The notes under the pieces were generated by a model, which was not told the DNA's origin, made no database searches, and saw only the letters and a program-made list of their open reading frames with translations. A stretch of DNA of 64,000 bases, taken from the NCBI GenBank assembly GCA_037129835.1, contig JBAXUE010000006.1, positions 6,157-70,156 on the forward strand, read 5' to 3'. Made by a program: the position numbers and the translations under genes. Within the stretch, counting starts at the first letter, position 1; each line of letters begins with the position of its first letter. The DNA comes from a bacterium (GTDB lineage Bacteria > Patescibacteriota > CPR2 > UBA1875 > CAIMLA01). Below, one piece after another: positions 56,201 to 64,000 of the stretch.

Positions 56201-59200
56201 CATTACCAATAGTAGCACCATCAACAGCGGTAATTCGATAATAATAGGTCGTTGAATCATTTAGTCTAGTTGTTGCAGCTGGCTTGTCTGCACCATAGGT
56301 TGTGTCATTATGAGCATCGTTATCATACCAAAGAGTGTTTTCTAAACCAGTTGGGGTATAAAGAACACCAACAACTACCCAAGAAGCGAGATCGGATTCA
56401 TTTGTTGTTCGATATATTTTATATTTAGCGACACCGGAACCATTATCGTCGGCTGCAGTCCAAGTAATCTTAGTTGAAAAGCCTTTGGTGTTATCATGGG
56501 CAGTTGGTGTATCGCTATCAGTCGCGTCGCAGGTTGCTCCGGTCCCATCACAGGCAGTTGCGCCTTTTCCGATTCCGATTTTTGGTGGGACTTCTGGATC
56601 TGCTACATCTCTGGTTAAAGCATATAAAGGTGCATTTTGATAGTTACCATAAGTTGGGTTGGATTGATCTCGTGCCGAGATACGATAGGCATAGCTAGTA
56701 CTAAGACTGATGAGCGGTTGACCCTGTTTTGCCAAAAGAGCATCATCAACAAATGTAAGTTCCGTAGTCGTGTACTTTGCATAACCTGCGAGAGTTGACC
56801 AGGCGGTTGTCTCGTCTGTGAGACCAGGATACACGGATTTTTCTACTCTCTCTATCTTGTAGTTTAATAGTGGAGCGCCACTATTAGTTGGGACCGCATT
56901 CCACTTGAGTTTGATCTGAGTATCTGGAAATTCTGGAGTTTCTGATACAAAACCAGTAACTGCGGATGGTAGTGATTTATCGAGATTATACTGAAAAGTA
57001 GTGATGTTATTTGAAATATAGCCAACATTATCAACTGCGACAACCCGGAGATAGTAGATACCGTCAATTGAACTAGCTAGGTCAGCTGTTAGGTGAGGTG
57101 AATTGCCGGGAGTCGGAGTAGTTGGGGTACAGTTTGAATCTGTTGTTAGACAATATCTATATGTCGCGATACCAGAGCCAGTGTCGTCAGCTACCCACTC
57201 AAAATATGGTGCCGTATATGGATACCAGGTAGTTGTATTGTCAGCAGTGATATTATGAGTTTTTGTTGCATTTTCGTATGCTTCAAGGCTAGTGACATCT
57301 GTTGGGACCGAGGTATCAACAGAGAGAACAACTGAAGTTGCTCCCGTGACTGAGTTATCTGCGACATCAGTAGTGATGACACGATAGTAGTAGGTGCCTT
57401 CAGCCAAAGAGGCGTTATCGGCATAGCTCACCGTACTAGCATTTGTAATATGAGCATTTGGATCGGATATATCAGTAAATGTTCCACCAGAGCCTACCTT
57501 TCTTTGCAACTGATATGAGCCAAAGCCAGATGATGGAGCGGGGTCAGAGAAAGAACTCCAAACAATGGTCTGATTACCTGTATTGTTCGGATTTGGAGTA
57601 ATCGAAGAGATAGAATTAGCCGTTGGCAGAGTATTATCAACAACGATAGTCCCAGTCTGCTGAGTCGCTGAATTTCCAGAACCGTCGGTAGCATCTACTT
57701 TGTAGGTATACGAACCATCAACAACAAAAGCTACTGAGTCATTCTTACCATCCCAGTCTACGGTATGTACTCCTTGAGTTTGTGAGACATTATTAGACAG
57801 TATTCTAACCAAAGTTACTCCGCTATAGATTCTGACAGTAGTATTGGCATTACCAGTCAGATTATCAGCTAAAGTGTATGTGATAGTGGCAGTATCTTTG
57901 TTGCCAACCGACGCATTTGGAGAAAATGGAGTTGGCGTAACAGAAACGGCAGTAATAGTTGGGGAAGTTGAGTCGATAGTGAAGTTCGCGTCCGAGACAT
58001 CGCTTGCATTATTACCTACAGCATCAAAAGCCGTCAAACGAACAGAGACAGTCGCTAAATTTAGCGAAGGGACCGGATTCCAAGTGTATACACCGGTGTT
58101 GGCCGTACCCGTAGTGATACTAGTCCAATCAGTTCCATTGGTTGAGTAGTCAAGTTGAATCGGTGGTGTTGCAGTACGAAGTCCTGAACCTATACCATCA
58201 CCTATAGACCCGCTGTTCCAGGTGATGCTTTGAGATGAACCACCTTTCCACTTCTCTCCGCCATTTGGAGCAGTGAGAGTAGAGGAAGTGACTGTTGGTG
58301 CCTGTGCATCGACGGTGATGGAGGCTTTGTCGAAGCTATTTAGAGTCACACTAGTAAGCTGGGGATATGTACTACCACCACCGAGTGCTAATGTGGCTTG
58401 ATATTGAACATATCTTTTGCCAGCGAGAACTGCGCTTACTTCATTTCTAGTAACTGTAGTCCAGCCGTTACTGTTAGTCCATGTACCATCTGGGGTAGCT
58501 GTATTACCTGCTTTTACTTGCATAGTGATAGTACCTGGAGACGTAACAGTATTCCAGTCTACGCTAGTGAATGTCTTGGTAGCACCCATGTCTTTGACTG
58601 GGGAGATGAAGGTACCGGCGGTGCCGGAGCCGCCAGGACTTACCGAGCCATCTTGAATACATCTGGTGTATTTTACCGAATCATAAAGATTATTTTTAGT
58701 TGAATATGATTCTGTGGCACCATACATCCAAGTTATAAACCGAAAAATCTTTACATTGATAGTATTTTCTTCGGTAGCGGAATAATACCAACCATCAGAT
58801 GTAAAAGAACCGTAATGACCCGCTCTATACCCAGCGTAAATTGCTTTAATTTCGTCCACACGGGGAAGACGACCTCCGAGCGCTTTACACGCGGCTTGTG
58901 CAGGATAAGAGGTGAAGTTTTCTGATGGAAATATCTGAGGGCTAACGAGTGAATAATTCGAAGGAAAAACTAAATCAAGACCAGTATTACACTGGGGGCT
59001 TCTACAATCAGTTATTGCGTCTTTCCAAATAATACCGGACAGATCTTGGTTATAAACTGATTTTCCTACTAATGTAGCAGGATAATTAGTTTCTGCTTGA
59101 CCCGCCAGCCAAGGACCTGTAGCACAAACTCCTTCACTTACATAACCGCTAACACATTCTGTCCCAAGTGTGGCCGCCACGCCATTGGCTTTCAGTAACT

Positions 59201-62200
59201 TAACACCAGTATTTCCAGGATTTAAGGCAATGTCTGTACCTCTAGTGCCTGTCGAGTAGTCTGTTGTTGTCGACGGAACAGTTCCGCTCACATTACCCGC
59301 ATTGTCCCTATATTGAGCATAAAGTGTTTTGGCACCATCTCCAACAGAGAGTGTCCAAGGCTTAGATGCGAGGTATGGTAACCAATCTGTACCTGCTGGG
59401 TCAAATGTGCCCGTTTCTGAGAATCTCATCTGCCCAACACCAGCTCCACCAGTATCTGCGGTGGTATTTGTGAGAGTTACTGTACCAGAGGTAGCATAAG
59501 CTGCTCCGCCATTTATAGCTACAGTACCTGTAGGAGCTGTTTGTTCTACGGAGAAGTCTGCTTGGGTGACATCGGTATTTCCACCATATGATTGCCAAGG
59601 AGACACACGTCCTTCATTGTCTTTTGAACGAATGCGGAAGTGATATGCTCCTACTGCTAGATTTGGAATAGTCACAGTAGAGTTTGAGTTATCAGGAGCA
59701 TCACCTACGATGAGGTTCGTTGATTCGTTCGCAAATGCGGTGTTTACTGGGTTGTATTGTAGCTCTATCTTTCTACTAGTAGAAGTACCACAAGCAGTAC
59801 AGGTAAGGCCTGTCGTTTTTACTTTGATAGTAGATTCTGAGGTCCAAGCAGCAGATAGGCCAGCAGTCACGTTATTTCCAGATGAGTTCTTCAGAACTGT
59901 AGTTCCGTCACTTCGATACATGGTAGTTAAGCTGTTTTGTGGAGTTTCAATGGAATCATAGGTAAGGGTAACATCAGAGAGAACTGGGGTATTAGAACCA
60001 TCTCCTTCAAAACGAACAAGTATCTCTGAATATCTTTTGTTTCCGATGGTATTTAGGATAGAGGTGGCTGATTTGGTAGGATTTGGCGGATCTGCCCCGT
60101 TATATGACTGTGAGAAGAAGCCTCCAGAGTTTGTCCACCAAGAAGAACAGGCTCCACTTCCACTTGGACCATAACAAAGTGAACTATCAAGACCTGTCTG
60201 GTCATCACCCGCCCTAACAGTAAAGAGAATCTTTTGACTTGTTTTGTCTGTTGTACCATTCCAGTTAATAGCAGAAGGCTTTGCTTTGTTTCCGATTCCT
60301 CCAGTGGTTTCCGCATCAAAACGAAGACCGATGTTTCCAGCGACAGCACCACCCAATGAACCAGAAGTACTATACGTCACATTATTTACTGTGACAGAAT
60401 TTAAAGTTGGAACATTATTATTATTTGAAGAAAGAAGAGTTGCTCTGTATTGAAAATACCGACCAGAGAAAGAAGCGAGAGAACCACCATTTGTTACTGC
60501 GCCCCATGCTTGCCAGGTGCCATCGGGAGTGGCAGTAGTACCAGATCGAAACTCCAACGTTATCGAAGTATTTGCCTGCAGTGTTTCTGTCCAAGAGAGA
60601 GTCGAGTATCCAACTGGAGTTGTATTGTCTTTGACTTGGGAGGTGAAGGTACCGGGAGAGCCACCGGAAGAGCTGGAGCTATTTTTTACACACCTAACAC
60701 TAGTTGTAGCCCCTACGTTTTTCCAATAACTTTGCTGACCCGCTGCATAAAACTGAAATGTATTAACGTAATTGCTATCGACTTCAGTGGCGGATAAATA
60801 ATAACCAGAATATTGACTTTCAGCAAAGTTGTTCCCATATATGGCTCGTCCTGTGTAGATAGCCGAAAGTTCCGTCATTGTTGGCAATCTTCCACCGATA
60901 GCTTTACACGCTGCTTGCGTTGGATATTCCGTAAATAGTTCAGACGTGAATACCTGGGGGCTTACTAAAGAATATTTATTATTGTAGGGTGCTGCATCAA
61001 GGCCTATTGAACATTGCGGTGAAACACAAGAAGTATTGGAAGTTTTCCATTGATAAGGCCCCGAGGCAAGATCAGATCTATATACTTGCTTTCCTTCAAG
61101 TGCGGTGCCAACCGAGCCCAGATATCCCCAATTTGCACAAACCCCACCGCTTCTATAACCACTCGCACACTCGGCATCAGCCGCCGCTGTTGCCCCAATT
61201 GGCTTCAAAAGATACACGGTGTTTGTCCCAACTGCTGTATTTGATTGAGTCCCTGCTGTGAAGTTCGCTGTAGTGTTTTCGGTCGTTGGGGTGCCAGCTG
61301 AAGATGGGAGTTTTGGATCACCATTATTTAGATTAAGCGCAGCCAATGCCGAAGTGAGATATCGTACAATAACAACCCCAGAACCTCCAGACATACTAGT
61401 GCCGCCACCACCGCCTGTGTTGGGAGTCCCAGCAGTTTGTCCACCTAAATACCAACCTCGACCGCCACCTCCATTTCCACCTAAGGCATAATTTAAAGAC
61501 CCTCCTGCTCCACCTCCACCTCCATAGTAAAGGGAAGCTCCCGTGATGCTATTGGCTACTCCCACTCCACCTGCGCCAGCTTGAGTGTTGCTTGCATTTG
61601 CGCCCGCAGCCCCAGCCCCACCGCCACCCCCACCAGCCCACTGGTTATTCGGGCCATAATAAATACCATTACCACCATTGTATCCCTGAGTACCAGCACC
61701 TCCCAGAGTAGCAGAAGAAGCTGCTGTACCACCTCCGCCACCAGAAGCACCACTAAGACCGGCTGTAACCCCGTCTGACGCTCCCCCACCACCCAGCGCT
61801 GTAACACTTGAAAATACCGAGCTTTGCCCATTAGTAGAGGCGGCACCACCATTCCCAACAGTAACGGTGTAAGTTTGTGGGGTAACAGGCACAGAAGCAC
61901 TGTAGACTACTCCTCCAGCTCCGCCGCCGCCACCACCACCGTTATATCCGCCGCCACCACCACCGCCGCCGCCAACAACAAGAGAAGAGACAGAAAGACT
62001 GGCCCCCGTAACCACCAACGAACCCGAGCTAGTAAATTTATGAATGGTATATAATCCATCGGTTGTTACTGTACCTCCCGTAATCGATGGGGTTATTGTC
62101 ACATTCCCTGTCCCCCCATTATTATTCGTAAAATCAGCTAGGGTATTCCAGGTTTTTGAGAGATTACTAGCCAAAGACTCACCCGGTCTAAAAATATTTA

Positions 62201-62531
62201 GATATGGTGATACAAACTGAATACCGGTAAAAAGAATCAGAGATACAAAAAAAGCGGTCACTGTCGCTCTAGCGACCGGTTTTGTAGCTGGATGTTCTGA
62301 TACTTTCTTATAGCTAGGACTGTTGGTAACGAGTACGTCGTGATATTTACGAATGTTTAGATGAAGTTTATAGGTAAGTTCATAACGTAGTAGCGCGGCT
62401 TTGGCTATGATGAATGAAAGAAACTTAACTAAATATACGCCAAAAAAGCTAGAAATAGCTACAAATGCTTTCTTGTAGAAACGCTTATTATCCTGAGAGC
62501 TAGGTTTTTTTACCAAACTCCCTCCCTTCAC
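53214..62531 (-). CDS. Giant surface protein/adhesin 2 (long signal region, Gly-rich domain, two C-type-lectin-like DUF1566 domains, FlgD-Ig domain, many Fn3 repeats)
   Basis: 3105-aa ORF; GGGGAGG blocks, two GGRLP...SATE...RC domains, WDGKND...DGSYTY FlgD-Ig, and C-terminal KSILQLILKSLEETFAW helix. Confidence 0.92.
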   Translation of the reverse strand: MKGGSLVKKPSSQDNKRFYKKAFVAISSFFGVYLVKFLSFIIAKAALLRYELTYKLHLNIRKYHDVLVTNSPSYKKVSEHPATKPVARATVTAFFVSLILFTGIQFVSPYLNIFRPGESLASNLSKTWNTLADFTNNNGGTGNVTITPSITGGTVTTDGLYTIHKFTSSGSLVVTGASLSVSSLVVGGGGGGGGGYNGGGGGGGAGGVVYSASVPVTPQTYTVTVGNGGAASTNGQSSVFSSVTALGGGGASDGVTAGLSGASGGGGGTAASSATLGGAGTQGYNGGNGIYYGPNNQWAGGGGGGAGAAGANASNTQAGAGGVGVANSITGASLYYGGGGGAGGSLNYALGGNGGGGRGWYLGGQTAGTPNTGGGGGTSMSGGSGVVIVRYLTSALAALNLNNGDPKLPSSAGTPTTENTTANFTAGTQSNTAVGTNTVYLLKPIGATAAADAECASGYRSGGVCANWGYLGSVGTALEGKQVYRSDLASGPYQWKTSNTSCVSPQCSIGLDAAPYNNKYSLVSPQVFTSELFTEYPTQAACKAIGGRLPTMTELSAIYTGRAIYGNNFAESQYSGYYLSATEVDSNYVNTFQFYAAGQQSYWKNVGATTSVRCVKNSSSSSGGSPGTFTSQVKDNTTPVGYSTLSWTETLQANTSITLEFRSGTTATPDGTWQAWGAVTNGGSLASFSGRYFQYRATLLSSNNNNVPTLNSVTVNNVTYSTSGSLGGAVAGNIGLRFDAETTGGIGNKAKPSAINWNGTTDKTSQKILFTVRAGDDQTGLDSSLCYGPSGSGACSSWWTNSGGFFSQSYNGADPPNPTKSATSILNTIGNKRYSEILVRFEGDGSNTPVLSDVTLTYDSIETPQNSLTTMYRSDGTTVLKNSSGNNVTAGLSAAWTSESTIKVKTTGLTCTACGTSTSRKIELQYNPVNTAFANESTNLIVGDAPDNSNSTVTIPNLAVGAYHFRIRSKDNEGRVSPWQSYGGNTDVTQADFSVEQTAPTGTVAINGGAAYATSGTVTLTNTTADTGGAGVGQMRFSETGTFDPAGTDWLPYLASKPWTLSVGDGAKTLYAQYRDNAGNVSGTVPSTTTDYSTGTRGTDIALNPGNTGVKLLKANGVAATLGTECVSGYVSEGVCATGPWLAGQAETNYPATLVGKSVYNQDLSGIIWKDAITDCRSPQCNTGLDLVFPSNYSLVSPQIFPSENFTSYPAQAACKALGGRLPRVDEIKAIYAGYRAGHYGSFTSDGWYYSATEENTINVKIFRFITWMYGATESYSTKNNLYDSVKYTRCIQDGSVSPGGSGTAGTFISPVKDMGATKTFTSVDWNTVTSPGTITMQVKAGNTATPDGTWTNSNGWTTVTRNEVSAVLAGKRYVQYQATLALGGGSTYPQLTSVTLNSFDKASITVDAQAPTVTSSTLTAPNGGEKWKGGSSQSITWNSGSIGDGIGSGLRTATPPIQLDYSTNGTDWTSITTGTANTGVYTWNPVPSLNLATVSVRLTAFDAVGNNASDVSDANFTIDSTSPTITAVSVTPTPFSPNASVGNKDTATITYTLADNLTGNANTTVRIYSGVTLVRILSNNVSQTQGVHTVDWDGKNDSVAFVVDGSYTYKVDATDGSGNSATQQTGTIVVDNTLPTANSISSITPNPNNTGNQTIVWSSFSDPAPSSGFGSYQLQRKVGSGGTFTDISDPNAHITNASTVSYADNASLAEGTYYYRVITTDVADNSVTGATSVVLSVDTSVPTDVTSLEAYENATKTHNITADNTTTWYPYTAPYFEWVADDTGSGIATYRYCLTTDSNCTPTTPTPGNSPHLTADLASSIDGIYYLRVVAVDNVGYISNNITTFQYNLDKSLPSAVTGFVSETPEFPDTQIKLKWNAVPTNSGAPLLNYKIERVEKSVYPGLTDETTAWSTLAGYAKYTTTELTFVDDALLAKQGQPLISLSTSYAYRISARDQSNPTYGNYQNAPLYALTRDVADPEVPPKIGIGKGATACDGTGATCDATDSDTPTAHDNTKGFSTKITWTAADDNGSGVAKYKIYRTTNESDLASWVVVGVLYTPTGLENTLWYDNDAHNDTTYGADKPAATTRLNDSTTYYYRITAVDGATIGNETSLVPASGDSNFVSPDQNFARTTPGTPDVTAPTVPNNVVANAQGLDNSNESQMINVSWGASNDYKARSEDIVPGTITYHVYRSTSDLGPWDIAPIKTTTATSFNDEGLADTTNYYYRVSAYDSVPKESVLSDLSETSSVVTYSSKVPSVPANIDVVTTKGDPNTNNAVGHTAEVTFTGSSSYSNKIVKYEVYRTTTNIAGNCNPGEKVSDCWVRVNTATKIQTINITPTPDDRTVPHTITDINLTDSTTYYYRVWAQDNTVVPNQPSQSNLFSGLSVVAPGTLHLGWDTTPDATAPALPSLVKVKDIHDDGTNFRRNIITWARIATPLRNGVNDFKEYKIYRSINDGSLWEQICQNGTTTILLPSCTTQYPNPLYDADKEIALTNNYYMDLIPRSQAESDKFFYYHVTASDDSGDTYKYNAPNQNTIINPNYFNESKPDIGSDGKIVSVSLNPYIAKPSILDQHNGLKAILTSVGVATATVTWTTDQDCDSMVSFRKSGSGDPYKQIGVGDNSRGLGMVQNHTVELFGLSPNTTYDYIIASGNALGNPVSAEGAQLPSLTTTGFNITAGAVSSTTSTTTIAWATNLDASSAFVEYQLQKQPGDDAQGGTAGVEPAALSSSPRNHKVVIKGLRSARTYTYKIKSISEDGYLAEYPAGEFATFKTKSFDSAQFTLAPASSNVAERNITATTAQIVWQTESPTTSWVDYSTTSGVYDGAAGNNDLVGSHVVVIEGLIPGTKYYYRVRVKDANEVEYTSQEYSFTAVLKPKISNMSVKDITPYSVTVAWETNVDTETIINWGTTTNYGEKKGTTGVSKVHQVKIENLLDNQEYHYQILAKDETGNEVADTDKIVRTPLDTEGPKITNAKVDILPMGENDTTSSIIVSWQTNKPASTQVKYGEGILGGDYSNESNEDTSLNNSHTVIIKGLKPASSYHYKMISKDKRTNITESQDYTFVTPTKEKSILQLILKSLEETFAWTGKLNQFFGKLGDRFIGK

Positions 62532-62634
62532 CCTATTTTGTATATTAATTATCTAACTTTTTTGGCTTGAGCGCAAGAGAAAATATGGAGTGCTTGAACC
62601 TATATCCTTCGTACGATTACGCCTAGATTTCAAA

Positions 62635-62668
62635 AGGTCTGACCTAACATTTTGATTAAGTCAGACCC
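62635..62668. repeat. Imperfect inverted repeat (REP-like) between ddl and adhesin 2
   Basis: AGGTCTGACCTAA..TTAAGTCAGACCC. Confidence 0.5.
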
Positions 62669-62744
62669 TCTCCCGAAGAGAACAACTTTAGACTAAATTA
62701 CTACATGTTACATTCAGGCTTCGTAATACAAAAACTAAAAATTA

Positions 62745-63737
62745 TTACCGCAAAGCGGCTTCAATAATAATTTCAAGAAGTAGTGACAACTCAATACCGG
62801 CCGCCTTGGCACCTTGAGGAACTAAGCTAGTTTCTGTCATACCTGGTATAGTATTAACCTCAAGAGTGTAGAGAGTATCTCCCGCTAAAATAAAGTCGGA
62901 GCGAGATATATGGCTACAATCTAGACTCTCGTGGGCGATTATAGCTGACTGTTGTATTTCTTTTATCTTTTCTTTGGGTAGATTAGGTGGTGTAATTTCT
63001 ATACTAGCCCCTGGTGCATACTTGGCCTTATAGTCAAAAAATGTATGCTCACTATTTGGGGTTATTTCTGTAGGTATCAGCGGAATAAGTTTCCCCGTTT
63101 CTCCTTCTACAACTGCACAAGTAAGCTCTCTACCATCAATAAAGTCCTGTATCATCACATTGTTTGATGTTTCAAAACCGTAATCAACTGCTTTTTTTAT
63201 ATCTACTACATTTTTTACTATCGAGATACCGACGCTTGATCCTCTATCAGTCGGCTTAACAACTACAGGAAGATCAAAAGTATCTTTTGCAGCATTGATG
63301 TATTTATCGTTATCTTTATCCCATTCCTCTTTATTCACGAAAATAAATGAAGGAATATTTAGATTTGCATCTGTTAAAACATGTGAGCTAGCTACTTTGT
63401 CCATCGCAAGATTACTTGCCTCACTCTTTGAACCAGTGAACTTAATTCCTTCAGATTCTAATAGTTTTTGGATAGTCCCGTCTTCACCATATTCCCCATG
63501 GATAATAATAAATACCAAATCTACCTGAATTTTTTTAAGATATTTAATTCCTTCTACGTCTGAAAATTCTTTTGAAGACGTTTGGTCAATCCAAACTCCA
63601 GCTTTTGATATCTTAATATCAATAACTTCAAACTTATTTGAGTCAAGACATGCCATAACATTCTTGGCACTATTGAGCGACACTTCATGCTCTGCAGACG
63701 GACCACCGTATAATAATGCAACTTTAGTTTTTTTCAT
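62745..63737 (-). CDS. ddl: D-alanine--D-alanine ligase
   Basis: GGPSAEHEVSL, HGEYGEDG, MDK, GSSVG, FDYKAKY and LEVNTIPGMTETSL. Confidence 0.96.
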   Translation of the reverse strand: MKKTKVALLYGGPSAEHEVSLNSAKNVMACLDSNKFEVIDIKISKAGVWIDQTSSKEFSDVEGIKYLKKIQVDLVFIIIHGEYGEDGTIQKLLESEGIKFTGSKSEASNLAMDKVASSHVLTDANLNIPSFIFVNKEEWDKDNDKYINAAKDTFDLPVVVKPTDRGSSVGISIVKNVVDIKKAVDYGFETSNNVMIQDFIDGRELTCAVVEGETGKLIPLIPTEITPNSEHTFFDYKAKYAPGASIEITPPNLPKEKIKEIQQSAIIAHESLDCSHISRSDFILAGDTLYTLEVNTIPGMTETSLVPQGAKAAGIELSLLLEIIIEAALR

Positions 63738-63861
63738 AATACTTTTCTCCAACTCAGATATTTTAACATAAATATTATAGATATATATAAATCGAAAGTA
63801 CTTTTGTATTATTTTTATCTACCACTTTTAAGTTATAGTGGTACAAAAGCCCAACCTAACC

Positions 63862-63921
63862 CTCCTTCACCAAGGTTACCTGCCCGACCTGAAAGTCGTT
63901 CGGGCGGGCGGAACGGGCAAG
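63862..63921. repeat. Nested REP-like palindromes
   Basis: CCTGCCCGAC..GTTCGGGCGGG hairpin inside a CCTTC..GGGCAAG unit. Confidence 0.6.
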
Positions 63922-64000
63922 CAGATTCTTTAAAGCATCTTTCGTTACAGTAACTCTAATATAATAAATAACAACAAGCCGATACCGGAAGTTATTTATT

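Noticed and set aside
61380-61980. CCA/CCG/CCT triplet runs as a tandem-repeat locus
   Set aside because: Explained by Gly codons of the Gly-rich domain
55165-62054. Short ORFs overlapping giant protein 2
   Set aside because: Same shadow-frame effect

Overview
AT-rich bacterial chromosome segment, standard genetic code. Gene content and style (CPR-type glycosyltransferase, DUF5666 proteins, giant Fn3 surface proteins, leaderless genes, nested palindromic repeats) suggest Patescibacteria/CPR; this is an inference. Housekeeping content: murD, murI, ddl, rplY, ileS with a T-box, an LtaS-like sulfatase, an ABC transporter with a two-component system, and tRNA-Thr(CGT), tRNA-Gly(CCC) and tRNA-Asp(GTC). 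Main points of interest: (1) A roughly 12.7 kb element integrated at the 3' end of tRNA-Asp and bounded by an 8-bp direct repeat (TCGCCAAA). Its large serine recombinase gene is split by the att site, so integration and excision would swap the enzyme's C-terminal tail. (2) The element carries an unusual three-gene restriction-modification-like operon: a Zn-ribbon DPPY methyltransferase, an SPPY methyltransferase, and an Mrr-like nuclease/SF2 helicase with a type IIS-like recognition domain. (3) Two paralogous surface proteins of about 2800-3100 aa with nested scaffold-plus-payload domains (Gly-rich, C-type-lectin-like); one is broken by one extra base in a C8 tract. (4) An ultrashort-Stem-I Ile T-box coupled to a transcription terminator. 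(5) A four-copy direct-repeat operator defining a probable regulon. (6) Several families of small palindromic repeats, one next to a GIY-YIG nuclease gene. All protein calls come from motif recognition by eye; no database searches were run.
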